Positions 1 to 8,014 of a stretch of DNA of 64,000 nucleotides are shown piece after piece; position 1 is the stretch's first letter; every line of letters starts with the position of its first letter. A program made the translations under genes and the position numbers. The notes under the pieces were generated by a model. That model had not been told where the DNA came from, did not search any database, and saw nothing but the letters and a program-made list of their open reading frames with translations. The DNA comes from an uncultured Bacteroidota bacterium. Its GTDB lineage: Bacteria; Bacteroidota; Ignavibacteria; UBA10030; UBA6906. The DNA lies in assembly GCA_963714855.1 (NCBI GenBank), contig CAVQPT010000009.1, forward strand, positions 31,438-95,437. The letters run 5' to 3'.

Positions 1-206
1 TTCTTGTCCTCAAACCATTCCTTCATCGCTTCCGGCTCCTTCATAAGTTCTTGCATATCATTCATGGCTTTCAGATGCGCGGCATCGTTCTTCTGAAACA
101 TCTCCATGGCATGCTGTTTGCTCATCCCAGCAATCTCGTCAAAAGTATTTGCGTGAAATGTCTTGTTACAAGCCCCACCGAGTTGTTTGCAGGTCATAGT
201 CTTCAT
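1..206 (-). CDS. DUF1059 family small protein (likely cassette-borne); ATG at 204-206, coding sequence reaches nt 1 so the stop may lie just outside the window
   Basis: Reverse-strand translation MKTMTCKQLGGACNKTFHANTFDEIAGMSKQHAMEMFQKNDAAHLKAMNDMQELMKEPEAMKEWFEDKK matches the DUF1059 family pattern; GGAGGA Shine-Dalgarno 5 nt upstream of the ATG. Confidence 0.55.
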   Translation of the reverse strand, partial: MKTMTCKQLGGACNKTFHANTFDEIAGMSKQHAMEMFQKNDAAHLKAMNDMQELMKEPEAMKEWFEDK

Positions 207-348
207 ACCGTCCTCCATACTGAGATTCAACATACCGAACGCTCTGCATTATGCGCGGGCTGGGCTGGCGTGGACCGTGCACTCTTGGCACGGCCGTGAC
301 AGAACAGACAATTGCCTGCAAGCGGTTGTTGGGCAGAAGCCCCCGCCG

Positions 349-879
349 TCAGGACCCTCCCTTACCCAACACTCTGGCGATCGCGGTGATGGTGTTCCAA
401 TTGCGTGTGGTGACCGGAACCCCAAAGAGTCGGTCGAGTGTGCCCAGGTAGCCGATAGCCTTCATGTCGCGCCGGTATACGCCGAAGACGAACCGATTGT
501 CCCTCGCGAGGATCTTCAGAAACCACTTGCCGCTGGAAGGAAGGCTCATGGGCGTCGACGGCGCCGAGCGGGGGCGGTTGGACAGGATGCTCACGAAGCG
601 GACGATGCCGGGTCGCGCGGGCTGGTCCGCGAAGTGATCTTGAGACATCAGCCTGACAATCTCGCGGCCCTGGCAGATGATGATCTCGGCATCAAAGGGA
701 AGCCCGCGCACCAATTCGGCGCGCAGTTGCGCCCGGGTGACCGGCCGCCGGATCACAAAGGTGCCCGCCGCGCCGATGTTGACGGCGTCGAGATGCTTCA
801 GTTGTCCGGCCAGCGTCGTAGGTCGGAATGTCCTGTGACCGCCGACGTTGACCCCTCTCAGAAAAACCACGAGTGCCAT
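349..879 (-). CDS. DUF1697 domain protein
   Basis: Internal Met start MALVVFLRGVNVGGHRTF... is the typical DUF1697 N-terminus; the track ORF 349..1113 extends upstream from a GTG with no family similarity there. Confidence 0.7.
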   Translation of the reverse strand: MALVVFLRGVNVGGHRTFRPTTLAGQLKHLDAVNIGAAGTFVIRRPVTRAQLRAELVRGLPFDAEIIICQGREIVRLMSQDHFADQPARPGIVRFVSILSNRPRSAPSTPMSLPSSGKWFLKILARDNRFVFGVYRRDMKAIGYLGTLDRLFGVPVTTRNWNTITAIARVLGKGGS

Positions 880-951
880 GCGTCTCCTCTTGCTTGCGCC
901 GCTCGAGACTGGATCAACTCGGCCACCCGATAATTGATCCACCGTCCCGCG

Positions 952-1003
952 TGAGTGCCTAACGTCCAGCATCGCCGGCAGCGCACAGCGCCGTCCGTTA
1001 CAG
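952..1003 (-). other. short degenerate attC-like site (GCCTAAC ... GTTACAG) downstream of the frameshifted flavodoxin-like cassette gene
   Basis: RYYYAAC motif GCCTAAC at about 952-958; internal GC-rich dyad; TAA stop of the 998..1300 ORF lies inside the GTTAC end. Confidence 0.3.
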
Positions 1004-1690
1004 GCTGTTGTTACCTGGTTGTTCACCGGACCGTTCTGGGCTTTGCTGCGGTCGATTCCGCCGCTCAAGCCCGGAGGCTTTCCGGCCCGCTCTTTCGAAC
1101 TCCGGCATGGCACTCCTCTGCAGGCGCTCGGCTAGATCGAGACAGCGGTCGACCAGGGCGCGCGCACCATCATGCAGGTCTGTGCTGTGCTTGACCATCT
1201 CAACGTTGTGTTCCATGTCCTCCGCTGTCCAGCCGCGGCTGTGAGCAATGAACGGAAACTGGCGAAATTGCATGCCCAGTTCGCCAAAGAATAGCATCAT
1301 CTGTCCTGCGACGGCCTGAATGTTGTCCTGTCCCCCCTGTCACTATGACCCCGGCAACCTTGTTGTTCAGCATGACACGGTTCTTCAGCGTGATCTGGTT
1401 CTGCACCGTGTTCAGACGCTCCGCCATCTTGAAGTACAACGAACTTGCCGAACCCCAGCGGATGGGCGTCGAAACCAGAACGACGTCCGCCCAGAATACC
1501 AGGTTCTCATACACCGCGTGCATGCCGTCAGCCGGTTCCCTCTGTGAGATGCTGCACGGCCAGGTACAAGCCTGTGCACTCTTGGAGTAGTAACCTTCGC
1601 AGGCACACGGATATTCGCAAGGGCGACGCGGACCGTGCTCATTCCGGTACTCCGCTACGGCGTCGCGCCTTGACCAGGCAGATGCGTTTC
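998..1690 (-). pseudogene. flavodoxin-like fold / NADPH-dependent FMN reductase (iron-sulfur flavoprotein-like) gene, disrupted by frameshifts
   Basis: Fragments in two frames: ...HAVYENLVFWADVVLVSTPIRWGSASSLYFKMAERLN... (1200..1523) continuing as ...GELGMQF... (998..1300). The frame change falls at a C7 run near 1305-1315. The upstream in-frame region has a Cys-rich stretch but no start codon. Confidence 0.45.
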
Positions 1691-1723
1691 ATAATAGATG
1701 ACTTTCCTGCGGCCCCGGAGCAT

Positions 1724-2110
1724 TCATTGACCTGCGGGCGGCTGCCAAAGCTCGACCTTGTTTCCCTCCGGGTCGATAACCCAGGCGAACTTTCCGTACT
1801 CAGATTCGTCGATCTTGTCCAGGACGTTGCAGCCCTCGTCCTTGAGAATCTTGACCAGCGCGTGCACGTCCTCAACTCTGTAATTGACCATGAAACTTGC
1901 CGTGCCCGGTGCAAAGGAGTCGCCCTCTGCAGGTCCGATTGACCAGATAGTCGTGCCTCCCACCGCATTGCCTTCCCCGTCCGTCCATGTGAATGCGGCA
2001 CCACCCCATTCTTGGACATCGATTCCGAGGTGACGCTTGTACCATGCCCGTAGTCCCGCGGCATCTTTGGCTTTAAAGAAGATACCGCCAATACCAGTAA
2101 CTCGCCTCAT
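1724..2110 (-). CDS. VOC family protein (glyoxalase/bleomycin-resistance-like)
   Basis: 128-aa ORF with typical VOC signature (GIGGIFFKAKD..., ...WVIDPEGNKVELWQ); GGAGAG RBS upstream of the ATG. Confidence 0.85.
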   Translation of the reverse strand: MRRVTGIGGIFFKAKDAAGLRAWYKRHLGIDVQEWGGAAFTWTDGEGNAVGGTTIWSIGPAEGDSFAPGTASFMVNYRVEDVHALVKILKDEGCNVLDKIDESEYGKFAWVIDPEGNKVELWQPPAGQ

Positions 2111-2136
2111 CGTGCTCTCCTCTCTGTAGTTCCAGG

Positions 2137-2265
2137 GCCTAGCGCCTTGCGATTACCTGCGTCGCCGAAGCAAATCATCCTTCAGTGTGATACTGTGGAC
2201 GCGAGAATCCAGGAACTGATCATTTCCAGAGCTTCGGATGCCATCGGCTCCTTGCTAGTCAATTA
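2137..2265 (-). other. degenerate attC-like remnant downstream of the hydrolase cassette gene
   Basis: The plus-strand 5' end GGGCCTAGCGCCTTGCGATTACCTGCGTCGCCGAAGCAAA resembles the conserved end of the attC family (GCCTAACGGTCGCGCCTTACCTGCGCCGCGAAACGAA); the high-coordinate end is poorly conserved. Confidence 0.25.
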
Positions 2266-3291
2266 CTCGCCGGGCAGCCCAGTCCGGCATCTCTGGAAAA
2301 CGTGGTTCAGGTCGTCCAGTTCGGCCACCATGAAGGCACTATTACCTCCCTCGCGCAACGAGCTTTCAATGGCGACAAGGTGCTCTTTCGCAGGAATCTG
2401 TACATCTTTGCTGCCGTTGATCGCGAGAACAGGGCATTGCACCCGCGTCAGCATGTCCGCCGGATTATCGTCCATCGATTCGAGGACCTGCAGCGATCGC
2501 ATAAATGCGAGATATCCATCCACATTGTCCAGGTGAAAGAGGGTCCTGGATTCTGCACCCATGAAGCTCGCGATCTCTGCAAGGAGCCTTTTTGCTTTTT
2601 CCGTCTCTGAAGCCGACATCGTTTTCCTCGTGTAGAGTGGCCACATCTCATCGTACAACTGCCTGATGCGGACGACATCTCGTTCACCGAACCCCGACGC
2701 CCGTGCGATAGCGATGCTCGATGCGCACGCGAACTCCTTACCCCAGACCCCCGGCGCCGCCATCAACACAATGAATCCCACGTCGGAGGAACGCGTCGCC
2801 ATAGCGGGCACAATCAGCCCGCCCTGGCTGATACCGAGCGCGCCAATCCGCTTGGGGTCTATTGCCTCCTGTGCCTTGAGGAAGGCGATTCCTGCCAGCG
2901 CATCATCGACGAAGTTCTCAATGTCGTACGGCTCGTACTTTCCTCCCGATTGTCCACATCCACGTTTGTCATAACGGATCGTCGCCACGCCATGACGGCT
3001 CAGGTAGTCGGCGATTGTAAAGAACAGGCGATGCTTGCCAACCTGGACGTCACGGTCGTGTGGTCCGGAGCCTGCAACGAGAACAACCGCCGGGAAAGGT
3101 CCAGAACCATTGGGCAGAGTCAGAGTGCCCGCTGGCTGAATCCCATCAATGAAGTTCCGGAAGGTGATCGCTACTTCCTTGTAAGGGGAGCTGGCATCTT
3201 GCTCGGCACAGGACAAGGCCAGTGCACAGAAAGTGACTAAGAGAAGGGCAGTGGGATGTGTCTTCGGACGGAACACGGCCACCTCATCCAA
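2263..3291 (-). CDS. alpha/beta hydrolase lipoprotein (cassette-borne)
   Basis: 342-aa ORF with lipobox LALSC, GxSxG-type hydrolase core (GISQGG); track start is TTG at 3289-3291, only 3 nt from the GTCTAAC core, so the true start is uncertain (GTG at codon 4 or 6 possible). Confidence 0.8.
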   Translation of the reverse strand: MDEVAVFRPKTHPTALLLVTFCALALSCAEQDASSPYKEVAITFRNFIDGIQPAGTLTLPNGSGPFPAVVLVAGSGPHDRDVQVGKHRLFFTIADYLSRHGVATIRYDKRGCGQSGGKYEPYDIENFVDDALAGIAFLKAQEAIDPKRIGALGISQGGLIVPAMATRSSDVGFIVLMAAPGVWGKEFACASSIAIARASGFGERDVVRIRQLYDEMWPLYTRKTMSASETEKAKRLLAEIASFMGAESRTLFHLDNVDGYLAFMRSLQVLESMDDNPADMLTRVQCPVLAINGSKDVQIPAKEHLVAIESSLREGGNSAFMVAELDDLNHVFQRCRTGLPGE

Positions 3292-3294
3292 TCT

Positions 3295-3457
3295 GTCTAA
3301 CGGCTGCGGCTCACCTGCGCCGCGAAACGAATTGGGTCTTTTGAAAACCGCAACGAACCCAAAAAGCCACTGTCAACATCTCCGCGCACCGTGTACTTTT
3401 CCTACGGTCCTTTCCGCCTCCGCACCCACCACGCGGCGTCAGGTGCAACCGTTTGAT
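3295..3457 (-). other. attC recombination site, family A (belongs to the inverted brnTA cassette)
   Basis: Plus-strand GTCTAAC (3295-3301, RYYYAAC) ... CACCTGCGCCGCGAAACG ... CGCGGCGTCAGGTGCAACCGTTTGAT (to 3457); about 85% identical to the elements at 6093-6260 and 7107-7273; lies between two genes. Confidence 0.6.
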
Positions 3458-3467
3458 GGGGGGCATG

Positions 3468-3496
3468 TTGACATTGTATACTAAGCGCCTTACAGT
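3468..3496 (+). promoter_or_regulatory. putative sigma70-type promoter for brnTA (TTGACA-17-TACAGT), would give a nearly leaderless brnT mRNA
   Basis: TTGACA at 3468-3473, TACAGT at 3491-3496, brnT ATG at 3502. Confidence 0.3.
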
Positions 3497-3501
3497 GTCT
3501 T

Positions 3502-3780
3502 ATGGATATCACCTGGGATCCGCACAAGGAACGCAGGCTGCGCAAGGAGCGGGGAATTGAATTCCGCGGGGTCCCTGATTTGATCAGCGACCGTAAGTAT
3601 ATTGCCATCCTGCAGAATCCAAGTCGACCGTCTCAGTTTATCTTCATCCTTCCCTACCACGGCTACACCCATGTGGTACCATTTATCATAGGCAAAGATG
3701 AAACGATTGTGCTAAAGAGCGTATTTCCCAGTCGAAAGTTCCATCAACTCTATGGAAAGACTAATGAAGACGAAGCTTGA
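3502..3780 (+). CDS. brnT: BrnT family toxin (DUF497, RelE-like ribonuclease)
   Basis: MDITWDPHKERRLRKERGIEFRGVPDLIS... matches the BrnT/DUF497 N-terminal signature; overlaps the downstream antitoxin gene. Confidence 0.8.
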   Translation: MDITWDPHKERRLRKERGIEFRGVPDLISDRKYIAILQNPSRPSQFIFILPYHGYTHVVPFIIGKDETIVLKSVFPSRKFHQLYGKTNEDEA

Positions 3781-4018
3781 TGCCGCCGAACTGAGTATCG
3801 AACGCTCTGCTGGCTCCTATCGCCCCGTCTCGTCAAAGGACAGGAAGCACATTGAGGTCATTCTGACCCGCTCGCGCAAAAGCAGGAGCATCACTATTCG
3901 TATTTCTGAACCCACTCTGGCAGAGCTCAAGCAACGTGCTGAACGTGAGGGGCTACCCTATCGAGACCCTCGTCTCGAGCATTCTTCACAAGTATGTAAC
4001 CGACCGCCTCGTGGATGA
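3752..4018 (+). CDS. brnA: BrnA antitoxin (CopG/RHH-like), frameshifted near the 3' end; the conserved C-terminus ...TLVSSILHKYVTDRLVDEEA is encoded in the +1 frame up to about 4064
   Basis: ...ITIRISEPTLAELKQRAEREGLPY then in-frame junk RDPRLEHSSQVCNRPPRG*; the +1 frame from about 3963 reads ETLVSSILHKYVTDRLVDEEAVTKSLRFLRSAE*, which is the canonical BrnA tail. Confidence 0.7.
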   Translation: MERLMKTKLDAAELSIERSAGSYRPVSSKDRKHIEVILTRSRKSRSITIRISEPTLAELKQRAEREGLPYRDPRLEHSSQVCNRPPRG

Positions 4019-4099
4019 GGAGGCAGTCACCAAGTCTCTTCGTTTCCTTCGTTCAGCTGAGTAGTCCCGCGCGCGCTTGTCCACCGCATTACAGTCGTG

Positions 4100-4185
4100 C
4101 CCAATTGATCATGCCCACTCACGGCCGGTTTCAGCGGCGTTGCGGAGCGCAGCGAAGCAGCGACCGCTGCAACCCGTTGTTAGGT
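4100..4185 (-). other. attC-like site of the ADH cassette (divergent sequence type)
   Basis: GTTAGGT core at 4179-4185 overlapping the ADH TAA stop (ACCTAAC on the coding strand); imperfect dyad CAGCGGCGTTGCG...CGCAGCGACCGCTG; low-coordinate boundary not resolved. Confidence 0.35.
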
Positions 4186-5169
4186 TTTGTTACTATGTTC
4201 CACAGTTATTACTACATTTCCTTTCTTGTGCCCTTTTTCAACATAGCTATGGGCCTCGGCAATTCGTTCCAACGGATAGCGTCTATCCATGACCGATTTT
4301 ATCTTTCCCGCCTCAATAAGCCCTTTGAGCTCTTTGAGGAAGACTAGACGCTCTGGAACGGGTCGAAGGCCTGTGGCCGAAAATACGACTTTTTTGTTGC
4401 CAATTTTTGAAGTCCATAGCATTTGGCACATAATTGCAAACGTAGGGGCAGTAGAAAGATAGACACCTTTTTGCGTCAGCGAGCCTTTACAGCGTGAAAA
4501 TGAGCTCTTGCCTACCGTATCAAAAATGGCATCATAGGTCTGGCCGGTTTTGGTAAAATCCTCTTTAGTGTAATTAATTACCTTATCCGCACCAAGAGAT
4601 TTCACCAATTCTAGATTCGTGGTACTGCATACCCCGGTAACTTCCGCCCCAAAGTACTTGGCAAGCTGTACCGCAGAAGTGCCTACCGATCCAGAAGCGC
4701 CATTGATAAGAACTTTTTGCCCGCTCTGAATATTTGCCTTGTCTCTAAGGAAATTCCATGCTGTTAATGCCCCATCACAGACGGGGGCGGCTTCCTCATA
4801 GGTCATATTCGCCGGTTTTATTGCCACCACTCCTTCTTCGGGCAGACATATGTACTCGGCATAAGCTCCAAAATTAATCTCGGTAGATCCAAACACTTGG
4901 TCGCCTTCTTTAAATAGCTTTGCATCTTTGCCTACTGCTTCAATCTCACCGGCTAGCTCAACCCCAAGTATAGGGTTCTTTGGTCTTATGAGACCAGTGA
5001 AAAATCTTGAAATAAATGGGTCACCCTTTCGATTAGCACAGTCACTTGGTGTTGCTGTTGTCGCATATATTTTTATCAGTACTTCGTTGTTCCTGACAGT
5101 AGGTTTTTCTACCTCTTTGAACTGAAGAACATGAGGTGATCCGTATTCTGTGTATACAATCGCTTTCAG
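4180..5169 (-). CDS. zinc-binding MDR-family alcohol dehydrogenase / quinone oxidoreductase, apparent CTG start
   Basis: Track ORF 4180..4896 starts at an internal GTG. The same frame continues upstream as (L)[37 protein letters not shown]... (GroES-like N-domain) with no ATG/GTG/TTG. An AGGAGA Shine-Dalgarno lies 6 nt upstream of CTG at 5167-5169. Low GC (~42%). Confidence 0.75.
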   Translation of the reverse strand: MKAIVYTEYGSPHVLQFKEVEKPTVRNNEVLIKIYATTATPSDCANRKGDPFISRFFTGLIRPKNPILGVELAGEIEAVGKDAKLFKEGDQVFGSTEINFGAYAEYICLPEEGVVAIKPANMTYEEAAPVCDGALTAWNFLRDKANIQSGQKVLINGASGSVGTSAVQLAKYFGAEVTGVCSTTNLELVKSLGADKVINYTKEDFTKTGQTYDAIFDTVGKSSFSRCKGSLTQKGVYLSTAPTFAIMCQMLWTSKIGNKKVVFSATGLRPVPERLVFLKELKGLIEAGKIKSVMDRRYPLERIAEAHSYVEKGHKKGNVVITVEHSNKT

Positions 5170-5247
5170 GAGTTATCTCCTAATCTGGTTTTGTTTGTTG
5201 TCCATTATTGGAATAGTATACAACAATACATCCTGCAAGCCTGCAAA

Positions 5248-5374
5248 ACCTAAAGGTCGCGCCTTCCCTCGCCGCGAAACGACCGCATAATTGCAAGCGA
5301 CCAACATCTATAACAGACTTTCGTGACGACCCCGATGCCCCAGACGCGGCGTCAGGTACGGGCGCTGGTTAGGT
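5248..5374 (-). other. attC recombination site, family B
   Basis: ACCTAAA...CCTCGCCGCGAAACGACCGCATAATTGCAAGCGACCAACATCTATAACAGA...CCCCAGACGCGGCGTCAGGTACGGGCGCTGGTTAGGT; GTTAGGT core 5368-5374 contains the TAA stop (5369-5371) of the upstream membrane-protein gene; about 90% identical to the 8015-8153 element. Confidence 0.6.
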
Positions 5375-5986
5375 TGCCACCTTTGCTGCCCCCTGCGGAA
5401 ATCCCTTGAACCTCCAAATGACTACGATAATGGCATATATGGAAAATGCAATTGAGAGTACGAGGAAGGTCCATGTAACGAAACCACCTACAGTGAGCGC
5501 AATGTGAAATAGATCACCTCTAAAGCCTGTAGCAAATCCAATGGTTTCACATACTAAGTCAAAAGTCGGTCTCAAACACAGCAACATGAAGAGAAATCCA
5601 ATTAGAAAAGCGTTACGAAAGAGTTTCCGTTGAAGAACGTAAACGCCAATTGCAATACTCACCAGATCGAGAAGGTAAGGTGAGATAGTCATAATCAACT
5701 GGCTCCATTCGTTGGTGACGCCTACTGCTTTGATCCACGCCCCAGCAGTCTCTCCAGCCCAAAACCTGGGAATGAGTTTGACTTCGACAGTCTGAGCACC
5801 AACAAGGTATGCGCCAAGCAGATGGCTCAATTCATGTATAGGCGCGTAGACGAAATACCACAGTATCGGAATGGTAGACATGCACGCCACCATCGTTTTG
5901 GGTTTCCAAGTTCCCCTTAGATAGAGCACAAGAAGGGGAGCAACGACGGTGAAGAGTATTTCGAAAGTGATCAGTAGATGGCTCAT
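5369..5986 (-). CDS. integral membrane protein (hypothetical, cassette-borne)
   Basis: 205-aa ORF with about 6 predicted TM segments; low GC; stop codon embedded in the attC core. Confidence 0.6.
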   Translation of the reverse strand: MSHLLITFEILFTVVAPLLVLYLRGTWKPKTMVACMSTIPILWYFVYAPIHELSHLLGAYLVGAQTVEVKLIPRFWAGETAGAWIKAVGVTNEWSQLIMTISPYLLDLVSIAIGVYVLQRKLFRNAFLIGFLFMLLCLRPTFDLVCETIGFATGFRGDLFHIALTVGGFVTWTFLVLSIAFSIYAIIVVIWRFKGFPQGAAKVAT

Positions 5987-6092
5987 GACATTTTACGGAC
6001 TCCCTTGAGCCTATGTCGTCGATTGGGCAAGAGCCACCAAAGTTACCAAGAATGCACATCTCATGATTGGGGACTCCTCCTTTTTCGCGGCA

Positions 6093-6260
6093 ACCTAACG
6101 GCCCCTCTTCACCTGCGGCGTGAAACGAATTGGGCCTTTTGAAAACCCTCAACGAGTACCCAAGAAGCACCTTGTAACACCACCCCGTCCCTGCACTGTG
6201 CCTCCGGGCCTTTCCACCTCCGCTCCTGCTCGCGGCGTCAAGTGCAGCCGCTGGTTAGCG
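6093..6260 (-). other. attC recombination site, family A (orphan; no intact ORF between it and the next attC remnant)
   Basis: ACCTAAC (6093-6099) ... CACCTGCGGCGTGAAACGAATTGGGCCTTTTGAAAACC ... CGCGGCGTCAAGTGCAGCCGCTGGTTAGCG (GTTAGCG 6254-6260). Confidence 0.55.
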
Positions 6261-6399
6261 TCTCCACCACACCTTCGGCGCGGTTCTTTCCGATACTCGG
6301 CTCATTTTGCACAGGAATCAAGTCGTTCATTGTCAACAGGTTACAATGAGCTGCTTGGGAGGCAGCAACCCGCCGTGAGCCGGTTGGGGAACAACATTC

Positions 6400-6477
6400 T
6401 TGTCCACACCTCCATTTACCGCCGCGAAACTGCAGAAGAGTGCAGGGCCTGACCCCGCCGACCGATTCATTCTCTCA
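6400..6477 (-). other. partial/degenerate attC remnant immediately downstream of the 6475..7071 gene
   Basis: CACCTCCATTTACCGCCGCGAAACTGCAG resembles the conserved CACCTGCGCCGCGAAACG arm; the other arm is missing. Confidence 0.25.
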
Positions 6478-7071
6478 TGCGGATGTGGGGGCTGAATCTG
6501 AGGGATCGATCGCAGGCGTCCTTCGCAACCCCGCCAGCTGTCGGGCTGCTGAAGATATTCCCGCAATCGCAACGCCCAGCATGAACATGGAAGCCGAGCA
6601 TATCGCCATCACGATCAGGAAGATAGTCAGAGCAACATAGCGACCCATCTGAATGATGTACCCGGTGCGCAGATGGAGATAGAGCTTGCCGTGAAGTCCG
6701 CGACGAGCAGCTCTATAGCCCAGGAGATTGCCCAAATGAGTTGTGATCACGATGAGGTATAATCCCCAGACGTAACCGATCAACAGCACACGAAACTCCT
6801 CCGGGATCCACACTAGTCCCAATGCCACAACCACACTAAGAATTGCCGCCGGAACAATATGCCTCGGATCGACGATTCGCCGGGCCAACACCGCCTTCTG
6901 ATACAGAGGGTTTCCTTCAATGGTGTTGATCGGATAACTTTCATAGTGCTCGGAATAGTGCAGTTGACGCTCGCGTTCCTGGCCGATGGTAAGCAACCAA
7001 TCGCTCCACATCAAAAAGAATGTGACGACGCCTGTTACCCAGGGTTGGCCTGCAAACCATTCAATCATCAC
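6475..7071 (-). CDS. integral membrane protein (hypothetical, cassette-borne)
   Basis: 198-aa ORF with multiple TM segments; GAGGTG RBS 5 nt upstream of ATG at 7066-7068 (track start is GTG at 7069-7071). Confidence 0.6.
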   Translation of the reverse strand: MMIEWFAGQPWVTGVVTFFLMWSDWLLTIGQERERQLHYSEHYESYPINTIEGNPLYQKAVLARRIVDPRHIVPAAILSVVVALGLVWIPEEFRVLLIGYVWGLYLIVITTHLGNLLGYRAARRGLHGKLYLHLRTGYIIQMGRYVALTIFLIVMAICSASMFMLGVAIAGISSAARQLAGLRRTPAIDPSDSAPTSA

Positions 7072-7106
7072 GGCACCTCATTAATGGGGTGAGTCAGTGC
7101 ATTGCT

Positions 7107-7273
7107 GCCTAACGGCTGCGGCTCACCTGCGCCGCGAAACGAATTGTGTCTTGTGAAAACCCGAAAAGGGTACCGCAAAAAACCACTGTCAATACGTCCG
7201 CGCATCGTGTACTGTGCCTAAGGTCCATTCAGCCTCTGCACCCGCCTCGCGGAGTCAGGTGCAGACGTTTTTT
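7107..7273 (-). other. attC recombination site, family A
   Basis: GCCTAAC (7107-7113) GGCTGCGGCTCACCTGCGCCGCGAAACGAATTGTG ... CGCGGAGTCAGGTGCAGACGTTTTTTT (to about 7273); the MepA-like gene stops at 7283. Confidence 0.6.
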
Positions 7274-7282
7274 TTTGGCCGC

Positions 7283-7999
7283 TCAGTTATCCATCGTAAA
7301 GTCTATATGATAATGTTCGTCGTGCCGAACCCACGCGGGCTTTGTTGAGAACTTCATGAGACTCGGTAGGTTCTGCCCCCCCTTGGATGCAATGAGATGT
7401 TTCTGCAAAGTGGCGTCGAATATCACGACCTTGATGCCAACGCCGTGCTTCAACGCACTGTCATGAATAGCTTTGAGGTGAGCAGCCATCGCTTCAAAGT
7501 CAATAGAATAGGTCCGAGTCTTTCCCGCTGAATCGAATTCCACCGAATATCCGAACTCGTTGAAAATGTTTGTAGGAAGCACGGTTGGTGTCCCGTCTGC
7601 AGTGTTCACCGGAACCATGAAATCCACGGAAAGTCCATTTTGATGCGTCTTGTGAGGCCAGAATTTTCCTCCGTGAGGCCAACCCGTCTCGCCGTAGACG
7701 AACCTCCGGTGAGGACGAGTTTCCGCAAGCCGGGAGTATGCCTCCAGGATGGTAGCCTTTACCTTGTCGTGAACGCACGTTCGGCCGATGAGACTGCCCA
7801 ACCGAGAATATGTTGTGAAGTTAGGCCCGGACGACGGTAGCCTCTTGGCATTCTCAATTGAGCCGGTCGATGTTGTCCCCCGACTTATACTTGGAGCATC
7901 TGATTCGAATGCGATCAACACATAGTTCCCCCAGCAAACGATCGCAGTAAGTGCCACACTGAGGGCAACCAGTCCGAGAATAACTCGCTTCATCCTCAA
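7283..7999 (-). CDS. penicillin-insensitive murein endopeptidase (MepA / peptidase M74, LAS-type)-like protein
   Basis: 238-aa ORF with signal peptide; motifs ...HQNGLSVDF... and ...WVRHDEHYHIDF... resemble the MepA metal-binding region; track start is TTG, ATG at codon 3. Confidence 0.6.
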   Translation of the reverse strand: MRMKRVILGLVALSVALTAIVCWGNYVLIAFESDAPSISRGTTSTGSIENAKRLPSSGPNFTTYSRLGSLIGRTCVHDKVKATILEAYSRLAETRPHRRFVYGETGWPHGGKFWPHKTHQNGLSVDFMVPVNTADGTPTVLPTNIFNEFGYSVEFDSAGKTRTYSIDFEAMAAHLKAIHDSALKHGVGIKVVIFDATLQKHLIASKGGQNLPSLMKFSTKPAWVRHDEHYHIDFTMDN

Positions 8000-8014
8000 G
8001 AGTTCACATTCCTC

